Positions 9,773 to 19,790 of a stretch of 64,000 bases of DNA are shown piece by piece (the stretch's first letter is position 1; every line of letters starts with the position of its first letter). Made by a program: the position numbers and the translations under genes. The notes below the pieces were generated by a model. That model ran no database searches. It worked only from the letters and a program-made list of their open reading frames with translations, and had not been told where the DNA came from. The DNA lies in the NCBI GenBank assembly GCA_965662235.1, contig CBFIGY010000013.1, forward strand, positions 1-64,000, written 5' to 3'. This DNA comes from an uncultured bacterium (GTDB lineage Bacteria; SAR324; NAC60-12).

Positions 9773-11587
9773 TCAGGCCGCTTCTTCCTGCAGGGTTTGC
9801 AGCACCGCCTGCCCCATCGCCGAATCAGCCAACGGACGCGTCAGTTCCCCCAAGGCGTTCATCTGATCCTTCAGGGCCATGGCATCCGGGCCCCCCATGG
9901 CGTTCCGGACCACCTCCATCTGCTCGCGGATGGCCTGACGCTCTTCCTCCGTCAGGGTTTCCTCGGCAACCGACCAGCACTGCTCAATCCCCCGGAACAT
10001 CCGCTCCGCCGTCAAGCGGAACTCAATGAGCTGACGGGCATTGAAGTCCTCCCGAGCATGCTCAAAGGAATCTTCCATGATCTGGTCGATCTCCGGTTGG
10101 GTCAGCCCATGGAAGGGAATGACCTCAATCTCGGCTTCGGTGCCGCTGCGCTTCTCCTGGGCAGAGACGGTGAGCAATCCGTTGGCATCCACCCGGAAGG
10201 TCACATCCACCAAGGGGAAGCCCGCCTTCATGGGGGGAATGCCCCGGAGCTTGAAGCGTCCCAGGTTCCGACAGTCGGCCACCAGCTCCCGCTCTCCTTG
10301 GAAGATGTTGATGTCAATGGCCGTCTGGTGGTCCACGTTGGTTGTGAAGGTTTCCGTCGCCTCGGCCGGAATGGTCGTGTTGGCGTTGATGAGCTTGCTG
10401 AAGGTTCCCCCCAGGGTTTCAATGCCCAGCGCCAGGGGGATGACATCGAGCAGCAGGAAGTCCCGGCGTCCTCCTGCCAGCAGGTGCCCCTGAATACCAG
10501 CGCCAATGGCCACCACTTTGTAGGGGTCAATGGCCACATGAGGAGCCCGTCCAAAGTACTCCGCAACCGCCTTCCGGACTGCCGGAACCACGGTGGAACC
10601 GCCCACCAGCACGACCTCATCAATCTCTCCCGGCTGCAGCTGAGCGTCCTGCAGCGCCTTCCGGCAGCTGTCCAACGTCCGCTGAATCAGAGGCGCAATG
10701 GCGGCATCAAAGGCCTCTCGCGTGACCACCCCCTGGTGCGTGAATCCGAGCTCCGGAAGCTCCAGCACGTACTCGGCTTCTGGAGAGCCACTGAGCTGCA
10801 CCTTGATCTCCTCTGCCACCTTCTTCAGACGCTGCTGGGTGCCAGCATCCTGAAACTGTGCCTCCGGATGCTCGGCTCGGACCTGTTCCCGGAGGAGGGC
10901 CACCACTTCCCGGTCGAAGTCATCGCCCCCAAGACGCGTGTCTCCGTGCGTGGCAATGACCTTGAAGAGCTTCCCAGAAAGCTTGAGGAGGGAGAGGTCG
11001 AAGGTTCCTCCTCCGAGGTCATAGACGGCCACGTGTCCATCCTTGCGCTCATCCAAACCATAGGCAATGGCGGCAGCAGTCGGTTCATTGATGATGCGGA
11101 CGGCTTCCAGCCCTGCCAGCTGAGCCGCGTCTCGGGTGGCCTGCCGTTGGGCGTCATCAAAGTAAGCCGGGACGGTGATCACCGCCTTGTGGACGGGCTC
11201 TCCCAAAATCACCTCCGTCCGGCGTTTGACCTCCTTCAGGATCTCAGCAGACACCTCTTGGGGCGTGAAGCGTTCGTCTCCCACCCGGACCTTCACCAGC
11301 TTCCGCTGCGCGGCTTCCACAGCATAAGGCAGCTCCTGGAGCTCGGATTCCAGCTCCTCCAGGTCCCGTCCCATCAGACGCTTCACCGAGTACACCGTCT
11401 GTTCTGGAGCCGTCAAGCGAAAGGGCTGAGCAGCGTCCCCAACCACCCACTGCCCTTCCCGGCGGGCCAGCACAGAGGGGGTGATGGGACTTTCGCCCGC
11501 CTGAGCGATCACCTCCGGGCCTTCCTCAAAGACGGTTGCCGCGAGGCTGTTGGTGGTGCCGAGGTCAATACCGATGATGCGTTCCAT
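9773..11587 (-). CDS. hscA: Fe-S assembly Hsp70 chaperone
   Basis: [32 protein letters not shown]; follows iscU-hscB. Confidence 0.9.
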   Translation of the reverse strand: MERIIGIDLGTTNSLAATVFEEGPEVIAQAGESPITPSVLARREGQWVVGDAAQPFRLTAPEQTVYSVKRLMGRDLEELESELQELPYAVEAAQRKLVKVRVGDERFTPQEVSAEILKEVKRRTEVILGEPVHKAVITVPAYFDDAQRQATRDAAQLAGLEAVRIINEPTAAAIAYGLDERKDGHVAVYDLGGGTFDLSLLKLSGKLFKVIATHGDTRLGGDDFDREVVALLREQVRAEHPEAQFQDAGTQQRLKKVAEEIKVQLSGSPEAEYVLELPELGFTHQGVVTREAFDAAIAPLIQRTLDSCRKALQDAQLQPGEIDEVVLVGGSTVVPAVRKAVAEYFGRAPHVAIDPYKVVAIGAGIQGHLLAGGRRDFLLLDVIPLALGIETLGGTFSKLINANTTIPAEATETFTTNVDHQTAIDINIFQGERELVADCRNLGRFKLRGIPPMKAGFPLVDVTFRVDANGLLTVSAQEKRSGTEAEIEVIPFHGLTQPEIDQIMEDSFEHAREDFNARQLIEFRLTAERMFRGIEQCWSVAEETLTEEERQAIREQMEVVRNAMGGPDAMALKDQMNALGELTRPLADSAMGQAVLQTLQEEAA

Positions 11588-11603
11588 GAAGGGTCACTGA
11601 GGG

Positions 11604-12206
11604 TCAGGAGTGGTCAAAGCGCTCCAACAGGCGACGGAGGTAGCGCTCTGCATTGAGCGTGGTCTGAATGAACTGCAGGGCTTCCGGATCAGGCTGCGCC
11701 TCGGCCTGTGCAAACCGGCGGGGCAGCTCCGTGAGCAGAGCCTCATGACGGGCCTGCAGGTCGCTTCGGGTCTGTGCCTGCTCCTCTGCGGAACCGCTTT
11801 CCAGCAGGTCGTCCAGCGACTCCTGGAGCAGAAACATCTCTTCCAGAAATCCCGGAGGCAGGCTCCGTTCGTCCAGAGGCGTTTCGGCCAGGCGTGGAAG
11901 CAGGTACGCGGCCCGGGAGACCGGGTTCCGGAGCGTCTCCACCGCCCGGTTGAGCAACGACGAAGACACCTCGCTCTGGTGCTGTTCACGGCGTCCGGAG
12001 GCCGCATAGAAATCCGGATGCAGCTCCACCACAAGCTGCTGAAAGCGTTCCTCCAGCTCGTTGAGGTCCAGTGCATAGGACACCGGCAGACCAACGGCCT
12101 CAAAGTAACTCAGCGTGTGGGGAGGGTGCTGCAGGGTGTTGCAGGTGAAGCAGAACAGCCGAGACTGCAGGGCTGCTTCACACTGCTCACAAGAGAAGGA
12201 ACTCAA
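11604..12206 (-). CDS. hscB: Fe-S assembly co-chaperone with N-terminal CxxC..CxxC
   Basis: CEQC..FCFTC, YFEAVGLP, J-domain HPD, LNRA..TLRNPVSRAAYLL. TTG start inferred just after the iscU stop. Confidence 0.9.
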   Translation of the reverse strand: MSSFSCEQCEAALQSRLFCFTCNTLQHPPHTLSYFEAVGLPVSYALDLNELEERFQQLVVELHPDFYAASGRREQHQSEVSSSLLNRAVETLRNPVSRAAYLLPRLAETPLDERSLPPGFLEEMFLLQESLDDLLESGSAEEQAQTRSDLQARHEALLTELPRRFAQAEAQPDPEALQFIQTTLNAERYLRRLLERFDHS

Positions 12207-12210
12207 GGGC

Positions 12211-12585
12211 TCAGGCTCGAGACTTGTAGTCCTTGATCGCCGCCTTGATGGCGTCCTCGGCCAGGACCGAGCAGTGGATCTTGACCGGAGGCAGGGACAG
12301 TTCCTCAACGATCTCGGTGTTCTTGATGGCCATTGCTTCATCAAGGGTCCGGCCCTTGACCCACTCGGTGGCCAAAGAGGAGGAAGCAATCGCGGAGCCG
12401 CATCCGAAGGTCTTGAACTTGGCGTCCACAATGCGGTCGTCTTCCACCTTGATCTGCAGCTTCATGACGTCTCCGCACTCCGGAGCGCCCACGAGTCCGG
12501 TGCCCACGCCTTCTTCTTCCTTACCGAAGCTTCCGACGTTCCGGGGGTCTTGGTAGTGGTCAACCACTTTTTCACTGTAAGCCAT
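12211..12585 (-). CDS. iscU: Fe-S scaffold protein
   Basis: YSEKVVDHY, GAPECGD, FGCGSAIASSS, LPPVKIHCS. Confidence 0.97.
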   Translation of the reverse strand: MAYSEKVVDHYQDPRNVGSFGKEEEGVGTGLVGAPECGDVMKLQIKVEDDRIVDAKFKTFGCGSAIASSSLATEWVKGRTLDEAMAIKNTEIVEELSLPPVKIHCSVLAEDAIKAAIKDYKSRA

Positions 12586-12609
12586 TGAGTCTCCTGTATC
12601 AAAAAGGGA

Positions 12610-13824
12610 TTAGTGAGAGGTCCACTGGACCGTCGTGAGGTCAATGCCGTCTTGCACCATTTCATAAAGCGGAGACATCTCTCGCAGGCGCTTGACGGCC
12701 TTGGTGACCTCAGCTGCTGCATAATCCACCTCCTCCAGAGTCGTGAAGCGACCCACGCCGAAGCGGATGGAGGAGTGGGCTAGGTCGTCTCCAACGCCCA
12801 GCGCGTGCAGCACATAAGAAGGTTCCAGGCTGGCGGAGGTGCAGGCGGATCCGGAGGAGACCGCAATGTCTCCAATGCCCATCATCAGGCTTTCGCCCTC
12901 CACGTACCCGAAGCTCAGGTTCAGGTTGTTCGGAAGCCGCTCCGTGGGGTGCCCGTTGAGGAAGACGTAATCCAGCTCAGCGGTCAGCTTGCTGTAAAGG
13001 CGCTGGCGGAGGCTGATCTGCCGCTCAGTTTCCGAAGCCATTTCCTCAGCACACAGCTCAGCGGCCTTGGCCATGCCCACCACACCGGTCACATTGAGGG
13101 TTCCGGAACGGAGGCCCCGCTCGTGGCCACCGCCAAACATCACCGGGGCCAGACGAGCCCGGGGACGCTTCCGTCGGACGTACAGCGCCCCAACGCCCTT
13201 AGGTCCATACATCTTGTGACCACTCAGGGAGAGGAGGTCGATGTTCATCTCATCCACATTGATCGGAATCTTGGCGTAGGCCTGAGTGGCATCGGTGTGG
13301 AAAAGCACCCCGTGCTTGCGCGTGATGCGTCCAATCTCAGCCAGCGGATGCAGGGTGCCAATCTCGTTGTTTCCTGCCATCAGCGAAACCAGCACCGTGT
13401 CCGGACGGATGGAGCGTTCCAGCTGCTCCAGGTCAATGCAACCGTCCTTGTCCACGTCCAAGAAGGTCACGTCCCACCCCTGCTGCTCCAGCGCATGAAA
13501 GGGGTCAATGACCGCCTTGTGCTCAATGGGACTGGTGATCAGGTGCTTGCCCTTGCTCTTGTGAAACTCGGCAGCGCCCAGAATGGCAATGTTGTTGGAC
13601 TCCGTGGCTCCGCTGGTGAAGATGATCTCCTTGCCGGTGGCATGGATGACGCTTCCCAGCAGCTCACGCGCGTCTTCCACAGCCTTCTCCGCCGTCCAGC
13701 CAAAGGAATGGTTCCGGCTGGCAGCATTGCCGTAGATTTCCGTGAAGTACGGGAGCATGGCCTCCACCACCCGAGGATCCGTGGGGGTGGTGGCATTGTA
13801 ATCAAGATAAATTGGCAGTTTCAT
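12610..13824 (-). CDS. iscS: Cysteine desulfurase
   Basis: [24 protein letters not shown] (PLP Lys), [17 protein letters not shown]. Confidence 0.97.
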   Translation of the reverse strand: MKLPIYLDYNATTPTDPRVVEAMLPYFTEIYGNAASRNHSFGWTAEKAVEDARELLGSVIHATGKEIIFTSGATESNNIAILGAAEFHKSKGKHLITSPIEHKAVIDPFHALEQQGWDVTFLDVDKDGCIDLEQLERSIRPDTVLVSLMAGNNEIGTLHPLAEIGRITRKHGVLFHTDATQAYAKIPINVDEMNIDLLSLSGHKMYGPKGVGALYVRRKRPRARLAPVMFGGGHERGLRSGTLNVTGVVGMAKAAELCAEEMASETERQISLRQRLYSKLTAELDYVFLNGHPTERLPNNLNLSFGYVEGESLMMGIGDIAVSSGSACTSASLEPSYVLHALGVGDDLAHSSIRFGVGRFTTLEEVDYAAAEVTKAVKRLREMSPLYEMVQDGIDLTTVQWTSH

Positions 13825-14251
13825 ACGGCTCTTTGGTACCTGAGGGAAGCACCGCTTCCTCAATGATCGACGCAAGGGTGGTGTCTTCCATGAACGCTTG
13901 GATGCGCTGATGAAGCACCGTCAAGGGACCGCGGGTGGGACAATTTTGAGCCACCTGACAACGGTCCTCCTCATGAATGCATTCTACAAGTTGAAACTCC
14001 CCGTCCATGGCCCGCACCACCTCTGCCAGCGTAATGTCAACCGCCGGACGCGCTAGGACGTAACCGCCCCGTTGCCCCCGGATCGACTCGGCCACCCCGG
14101 CCCCCACGAGCTGCTTGAGGATGTTTGCCGCCATCGGCTGAGGCAGATGGTAGTGCGTGGCCACTTCCTGAGCACTCACGGGGACCTGAGACTCTCCAAG
14201 ATGACTGAGCAGAATGATGGCGTAGTCGGTCTTTTTGGAAAGCTTCAACAT
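13802..14251 (-). CDS. Rrf2-family Fe-S regulator (IscR/SufR-like)
   Basis: [24 protein letters not shown], three-Cys motif C-x6-C-x5-C; heads the isc operon. Confidence 0.9.
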   Translation of the reverse strand: MLKLSKKTDYAIILLSHLGESQVPVSAQEVATHYHLPQPMAANILKQLVGAGVAESIRGQRGGYVLARPAVDITLAEVVRAMDGEFQLVECIHEEDRCQVAQNCPTRGPLTVLHQRIQAFMEDTTLASIIEEAVLPSGTKEPYETANLS

Positions 14252-14285
14252 TGTCGGATTCCCTGATGAATTTTAACCTGAAATC

Positions 14286-14311
14286 AAATTAGCACTGGTT
14301 CGGTGCTATTT
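14286..14311. promoter_or_regulatory. Palindromic operator upstream of the Rrf2/isc operon
   Basis: AAATTAGCAC-TGGTTCG-GTGCTATTT inverted repeat about 35 nt upstream of the start codon. Confidence 0.55.
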
Positions 14312-14452
14312 CAAACAGAAATCCGCAGAAGGGGGAGAAATTCCTGAAGGGGACATGGAAGGAGGACAAACGCCCAAGAGCCGTTTTCCGGGGCAGGACG
14401 CCCCTCCCTTGGAGATCGGGAAGGGGGGTTGGGTCAAGGCGAACCCGTTTGG

Positions 14453-14698
14453 TCAGGGACGCTCGGTGACCTCGAGGGCGGTGTTGACCATCAGGGCCGA
14501 CTGCCCATCTCGGTTGAGCACCTCGATCTCCAGGGAGTCCGGAGCAATCTTGAAGTAGCGGGAAATGACCTCGTACAGGTCACGCTTCATGGCGCCCTGA
14601 TCGGCATCTGAAAGCTGGATCCGGTCCTTGCTGAGCACAAGCTGCAGCCGGTTTTTCGCTGCGCTGGCGCTCGGTTTCTTGCGCAATAGGCTAAACAT
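14453..14698 (-). CDS. minE: Cell division topological specificity factor
   Basis: SASAAKNRLQLVL..DR; downstream of minD. Confidence 0.93.
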   Translation of the reverse strand: MFSLLRKKPSASAAKNRLQLVLSKDRIQLSDADQGAMKRDLYEVISRYFKIAPDSLEIEVLNRDGQSALMVNTALEVTERP

Positions 14699-14709
14699 GG
14701 GGGGCTCCT

Positions 14710-15489
14710 TTACCTTCCGAAGAGTTTGGCCAACAGTCCGCGTTTTTCCTCAAAGCTGGGAATCGCCAGGTCTTCTCCCATCAGGCGACGGGAGATGCGG
14801 TGGTAGGCTTGGCCAGCGGGAGAGTGCTCATTGAGCACGGCCGGAATGCCCTGGTTGCCGGAAACCACGATTTCTGAATCTTCTGGAACCACGCCCAGCA
14901 GGTGAACGGAGAGGATGTCCACCACGTCTTCCTGACTCATCATCTCACCGGCCTCCACCATGCGGACGGAGAGACGGTTGACCACTAGGTCCGTGTTGAC
15001 GTCATGGTGCTGAAGGAGGCCGATGATGCGGTCGGCATCACGGACCGCAGAGACCTCTGGCGTGGTCACCACCAGTGCCCGGTCGGCTCCTGAGATCGCA
15101 TTCCGGAAGCCCTGCTCAATGCCGGCCGGACAGTCGATCATGACAAAATCAAACTCCTGCTTGAGCTCCTGGTTGAGCTTTTCCATCTCTTCTGGAGAGA
15201 CGGCGTTCTTGTCATCCACCTGTGAGGTCGCCAGGAGGAACAGGTTCGGGTTCCGCTTGTCCCGGATCAGGGCCTGACGGGCCGAGCACCGTCCCTTGAC
15301 CACATCCACAAGGTTGTAGACGATTCGGTTCTCCAACCCCATGATCAGGTCTAGGTTCCGTAAGCCGATGTCGGCATCGACCGCCACCACCTTCTTCCCA
15401 GCGTTGGCCAAAGCGGTGCTCAGGTTGGCCGTGGTTGTGGTTTTCCCCACCCCCCCTTTTCCGGAGGTGACGACAATGGCTTCACTCAT
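14710..15489 (-). CDS. minD: Septum site-determining ATPase
   Basis: TSGKGGVGKTT, DIGLRNLD, DCPAGIE, PEVSAVRDADRIIG, C-terminal amphipathic GLLAKLFG. Confidence 0.97.
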   Translation of the reverse strand: MSEAIVVTSGKGGVGKTTTTANLSTALANAGKKVVAVDADIGLRNLDLIMGLENRIVYNLVDVVKGRCSARQALIRDKRNPNLFLLATSQVDDKNAVSPEEMEKLNQELKQEFDFVMIDCPAGIEQGFRNAISGADRALVVTTPEVSAVRDADRIIGLLQHHDVNTDLVVNRLSVRMVEAGEMMSQEDVVDILSVHLLGVVPEDSEIVVSGNQGIPAVLNEHSPAGQAYHRISRRLMGEDLAIPSFEEKRGLLAKLFGR

Positions 15490-15536
15490 GGAGTCCTCAA
15501 TCGCTCAAAAAGTTGGCAGCGCGGCGCGCTACAGGG

Positions 15537-16412
15537 TCACAGTTTCAGGGTGCCTAGGGTGATCAGGGGCAGGCCGCTGCGGCCCATCCCCCGCTTCTTG
15601 TTTTCGTGACGGCGGGCTCCTTGGATCAACGCCTGCAGCTCCGACATTTCATAGGGCGGGCTTTCAATGACAATCTGACCGTTTTCCACAAAGGCCTTTT
15701 CTGGCCCGAGGAGGTACGGGGAGGCTTCTTCGGCAGGAGGACGGGCATACAGGCCCCCGATGCGCAGCTGCGTCGGGGCCAGCCGCAGGGCAAACACCAC
15801 CGCACTCAGGTCCCCGGAAGCACCGGCGTGCACCACCCCCCGGACGGCGCCCAGCACCATCACGTTGCCCTCAGAGACAATCTCGGCGCCCGCGTTCAGG
15901 TCTCCGAACAGCACCACCGACTCCTGGGTGTGCACCTTCTGTCCGGACCGCAGGGTCTGGGCGACAATCAGTCCTGCTTCAGTCTGCAGTCCAGCCAGGG
16001 GGTCCTCTTCCTCCACCACCGGCACCTCCACTTCCACCACCTCCGCAGGCACCTCCAGGGTGGGGAGGGAGAGCTGAGCCTGAAGCGGCAGGGGTGGGGG
16101 TTCCGGGACCGCAGGAGGGGCAGTGGGCTCCGGAGGAAGGAGCTGCAGATCTCCTTCTTTCAGAATGGACTGAAGGCTGTCAAACTCTTCCGAGGTGACC
16201 GGGCGTCCGGGACGGAGGCGGATGGGGGAGCCTTTGAAGAACCGGTGGATCGAGTGCTCCTGCACCAAGCGGCGTAGATCCTGCTGGACCCGGGCAAAGG
16301 GGACCGAATCGTCCAGCACCAGGCCCAAGGAGCCGCCATATCCCTTGATTTCCACCGAGCGTTCGGCCTCAGCCCAACCCATTTTCCATCCATTGAGTAC
16401 TGTGGTTGCCAC
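15537..16412 (-). CDS. minC: Septum site-determining protein
   Basis: VEIKG.., TLRSGQ, GDLNAGAE, RGVVHAGASG, PTQLRIG. Start codon uncertain. Confidence 0.92.
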   Translation of the reverse strand: MATTVLNGWKMGWAEAERSVEIKGYGGSLGLVLDDSVPFARVQQDLRRLVQEHSIHRFFKGSPIRLRPGRPVTSEEFDSLQSILKEGDLQLLPPEPTAPPAVPEPPPLPLQAQLSLPTLEVPAEVVEVEVPVVEEEDPLAGLQTEAGLIVAQTLRSGQKVHTQESVVLFGDLNAGAEIVSEGNVMVLGAVRGVVHAGASGDLSAVVFALRLAPTQLRIGGLYARPPAEEASPYLLGPEKAFVENGQIVIESPPYEMSELQALIQGARRHENKKRGMGRSGLPLITLGTLKL

Positions 16413-16505
16413 AAAGACCTCCTATATCTAGCACATGCTTGAAAAGACACAACTCTTTCACCTAGACTTTCTCGACGCTGCGTCCGGACGGGACGCTGGA
16501 GGCGC

Positions 16506-16943
16506 ATGAGTTCTCTGGAGCTGGGACCGTGGGGACTGGTGGTGCTGGCTGGCGTGGCCCTGCTGGGACTCCTGGGCGCCCTGACGCTCGCCGTCCGGCA
16601 CCGAGCGGTCCGGGCCAAAACCCGGTTTTCCCGCTGCGACCGGGTGGTCCGGGCGCCAGAGGCGGTGCTGTGGGGACGTCCGGTGGCCGACTGGGCCCTG
16701 GGGTTTTATGCCACTGCTCTGCTCAGTGTCGGGTTGGGGCTCTATCAGGACGCCCGCTGGCTGTGGCTTCTGGACGGGGCTGTTATTGTGGGGGTGGGAG
16801 CAACATGTTACTATGCGTTCGTTCTCTTGTTCCGACTCCGAGTGATGTGCCTCGGCTGCTTGAAACTCTACTTCATCAACCTGTTGATGGCAGCCCTCCT
16901 GGTGGATTATCACTGGAATACGCTGATTCTTTTCTTCTCATAG
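16506..16943 (+). CDS. VKOR-like membrane thiol oxidoreductase
   Basis: About four TM segments, CDRVV..LWGRP...ALGFY, and an active-site-like CLGC before the last TM. Confidence 0.72.
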   Translation: MSSLELGPWGLVVLAGVALLGLLGALTLAVRHRAVRAKTRFSRCDRVVRAPEAVLWGRPVADWALGFYATALLSVGLGLYQDARWLWLLDGAVIVGVGATCYYAFVLLFRLRVMCLGCLKLYFINLLMAALLVDYHWNTLILFFS

Positions 16944-16962
16944 ACTTCTTTCCAACGAGGCC

Positions 16963-19185
16963 ATGATGGATGCATCCTTAAAGAGCTTGCTGACGCAGTC
17001 TGTCCAGCGGGACGTTTCCGATGAGATCTTTCCCTTCAGCACCTACCTGGAGTTGCTTCACCAAGAACCGTGGGCGGCCCGGAACACCTTCCAGATGCTG
17101 CATGACATGATCCTGAGCAGTGGGGTCGAGCACGCCCTCATTTCCGGGAAGCCCATCAAGCACCACTACCGGTTCTTTGAGAATGCAGAGATGATCGGCC
17201 CCTTTGTGGTGTTTGGGCAGCAGAAGGCCAAGGAAAACCTGATTGAAAAGATCAACAATGCCAGCCGCGGACTTGAGGCCTCCAAGCGCCTCTGGGTCCT
17301 GCTCGGTCCTCCGGGCGCTGCCAAGTCCCGCTCAATGGACGGCCTCAAGAACGCCCTCAAGGAGTACTCCCTGAGCCCACAGGGCAAGACCTACACCCTG
17401 CTCCTGCCCACCGTCGATGAGCGTCTCAAGGACCGGGCTCTGTTTGAGGAAAACGGCGTCTGGTACCTCCAGTCCCCCGTCTTTGAACGTCCGCTGCAGG
17501 TGATTCCAGAGTCGGCCCGCAAGGCCTTTGCGGCCCAGCTGACCCAAGAGCTTGACCGGACGGCTGTGGAGGAGTGGCTGCACCAGCACCCCCACTACGA
17601 CGATGAGTTTGCCATCCAGATTTCCGGACGCCTGTCCCCCTTCTCAGACTACGTGCTGCAGGACTTCATGCGGGCGAAGCGCATTGGCTTTGTGGAGATG
17701 CTGGACTACCTCAAGGTCAAGCGCATGGTCTATGATGCGCAGACCAAGACCGGCATCGGCTCCTACACGCCCCGGGATGAGAAGAGCCAGGAGGCCGGGT
17801 CCCTGGTTGGAAACATCGACTACAGCCTGCTCCCCCGCTTCGGCTCAGAAAGCCACCCCCTCGTCCACGACTACAAGGGGGAACTGTGTGCCGGGGCCAA
17901 CGGGTTTGTGGAGATCCATGAGATCCTCAAGCTCTCAGACAAGTTCCTCTATGAGATGCTGTTTGCCACCCAAGACCGCTTCTTCAAGCCAGAGGGGCAG
18001 CCGCCCATTCCGTTCAACGGGGTCATCATTGGGCACACCAACTTCCATGAGTTCAACATGTTCATGGAAAACTCCTCGTTTGAGGCCCTGCGGTCCCGGA
18101 CGACCTTCATTGAGATGCCGCTCTCCGTGGACTACCGGCAGGAGCAGAAGATCTATGAGTTCACCTACGCCAACGCGAGCCGGAACTGGAGCAAGTCCAA
18201 GAAGCACCTGGCCCACACGGCTCCGCACAGCCTGACGCTGCTGAGCCTTGTCTCGGCCATGTCCCGCCTCTACGAAAGCAAGCAGAATCCGAACCTGACG
18301 TTGCTGCAGAAGGCCCTCATCTATGCCGGACGGGCGGACAGCGGGGTGGACAACAACCTGGCCAAGATGATCATTGACGAGTTCGAGTTCACCAAGCCCT
18401 CCGAGGGAACCTTTGGGCTCGACCCCCGCTTCATTCAGAACGTCTTTGAAAACACGGAGCACTTCCAGATCAACGAGTATGCAGCCAACATCAAACGGCT
18501 TCAGGAAGAGTCTGGTGACCACGCGATGCTCACCTCCATTGCTCTGGAGAACCCCTGTGTGACACCGCTGGACCTCTACGTCCGCATGCAGAACAGCATC
18601 AAGGACAGCTTTGCTTCTCAGAAGTCCCGGCTCAATCACTACGTTGAGAAGATCCTTCCTCAGGCCAAGAGTTGGATCTTCGGACAGATTGCCAGTGACG
18701 TTTACAGCGCGATTTTACGGGACGATTCGGTGATTGAGACGACGTGGAAGAAGTACACCGACCACGTCCGGGCCTTTGTGCTCAACGCCAAGGTCAAGCA
18801 TGAGGTCACGCAGACGGATGTGCAGCCTGATGAGAAGTTCATGCAGGCCATTGAGCAGTACCTGGGGGTTCCGGACAAGGATGTGTTCCGGAAGGAGCTC
18901 AGTGACGCCATTGCCAGCGTCAGCTACGGGGTCATTCTGGCCGATGAGCCGAGCTACCAGAATGCAATCAAGAAGTATGTCTTTGAAAACGAGTTCAAGT
19001 CTGGGGAGAACATGAAGCTCCTGGGCTGGATCAAGAGCGGCACCAGCACCGCCGTGGTCAACGACAAGGAGCAGGAGCGGCTCAACGACACCATCCGCTA
19101 CCTGGTGGAGGTCCAGGGCTACTGTGGGAAGTGTGCCTTCCAGGCGCTCACCATCACGGCCAACGCCTCCAGCATCACGCTCTAG
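16963..19185 (+). CDS. prkA: PrkA/YeaG-family AAA+ serine kinase-like protein
   Basis: FSTYLE..ARNTFQ, Walker A LLGPPGAAKS, GELCAGANGFVEIHEILK, IIGHTN, EALRSR, APHSL, C-terminal GYCGKCA. Confidence 0.82.
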   Translation: MMDASLKSLLTQSVQRDVSDEIFPFSTYLELLHQEPWAARNTFQMLHDMILSSGVEHALISGKPIKHHYRFFENAEMIGPFVVFGQQKAKENLIEKINNASRGLEASKRLWVLLGPPGAAKSRSMDGLKNALKEYSLSPQGKTYTLLLPTVDERLKDRALFEENGVWYLQSPVFERPLQVIPESARKAFAAQLTQELDRTAVEEWLHQHPHYDDEFAIQISGRLSPFSDYVLQDFMRAKRIGFVEMLDYLKVKRMVYDAQTKTGIGSYTPRDEKSQEAGSLVGNIDYSLLPRFGSESHPLVHDYKGELCAGANGFVEIHEILKLSDKFLYEMLFATQDRFFKPEGQPPIPFNGVIIGHTNFHEFNMFMENSSFEALRSRTTFIEMPLSVDYRQEQKIYEFTYANASRNWSKSKKHLAHTAPHSLTLLSLVSAMSRLYESKQNPNLTLLQKALIYAGRADSGVDNNLAKMIIDEFEFTKPSEGTFGLDPRFIQNVFENTEHFQINEYAANIKRLQEESGDHAMLTSIALENPCVTPLDLYVRMQNSIKDSFASQKSRLNHYVEKILPQAKSWIFGQIASDVYSAILRDDSVIETTWKKYTDHVRAFVLNAKVKHEVTQTDVQPDEKFMQAIEQYLGVPDKDVFRKELSDAIASVSYGVILADEPSYQNAIKKYVFENEFKSGENMKLLGWIKSGTSTAVVNDKEQERLNDTIRYLVEVQGYCGKCAFQALTITANASSITL

Positions 19186-19724
19186 CTTGCCATGCGAGGA
19201 GGGGCCGGATACCGCTGCAGGATCCGCCCCTTCAGCGTCTCAATCAGCTGCTCTGCAGACGCCGACACAGGCGTAGAAAGCTCCCGTCCATAGTCCACCG
19301 ACTCCGCTTCCACCAAGAATACCTTCACGTGCTGCGGGAAGCGGTCTGGGTAAAGCTGCCTTCCGGTCACCAGGGCCTGATCCCAGCGGAAGTCGTGCGA
19401 GTTGAAGGCCACCTCCGAGTGAGTCGGCAGCTCTTCCTCCGTCAGTTCCAGCAGCGTTCCGGCCGGAGCGTCACTGGTGCACGCGTCAATCACCCACAAC
19501 TCCTCACACCCCTGGGCCAGGAACATCAGGTCGATTCCGGACGTCCCGGCCTCAACCAGATGCACCTCCGGAGGGAGGGTGGGCAGCTGACGCTGGAGGG
19601 CTTCAATTACATGCACCCCCACCCCGTCGTCCTGACGGTTCAGGTTGCCGCAACCGATCACTCCCAACGGAGTTGACCCCGAACGGAGGTCGCGTTTTTT
19701 CTTCTTGCTGGAACCTCTTTGCAT
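19182..19724 (-). CDS. Hydrogenase maturation protease family protein
   Basis: GCGNLNRQDDGVG, VEAGTSG, VIDA, NSHDF. Confidence 0.88.
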   Translation of the reverse strand: MQRGSSKKKKRDLRSGSTPLGVIGCGNLNRQDDGVGVHVIEALQRQLPTLPPEVHLVEAGTSGIDLMFLAQGCEELWVIDACTSDAPAGTLLELTEEELPTHSEVAFNSHDFRWDQALVTGRQLYPDRFPQHVKVFLVEAESVDYGRELSTPVSASAEQLIETLKGRILQRYPAPPRMAS

Positions 19725-19790
19725 TGTGCGCTAAGCTCATTGAATTGATTCAAAATGTGACACTCTTCAAGCAGTCCTCCCCTATCCAGT

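Noticed and set aside
9797..11656. 619-aa ORF antisense to hscA
   Set aside because: Long antisense frames are a known artefact of Hsp70 genes in GC-rich DNA; no recognisable motifs.
14289..14310. HrcA CIRCE element
   Set aside because: Spacing and inner bases do not fit TTAGCACTC-N9-GAGTGCTAA; kept only as a candidate Rrf2 operator.
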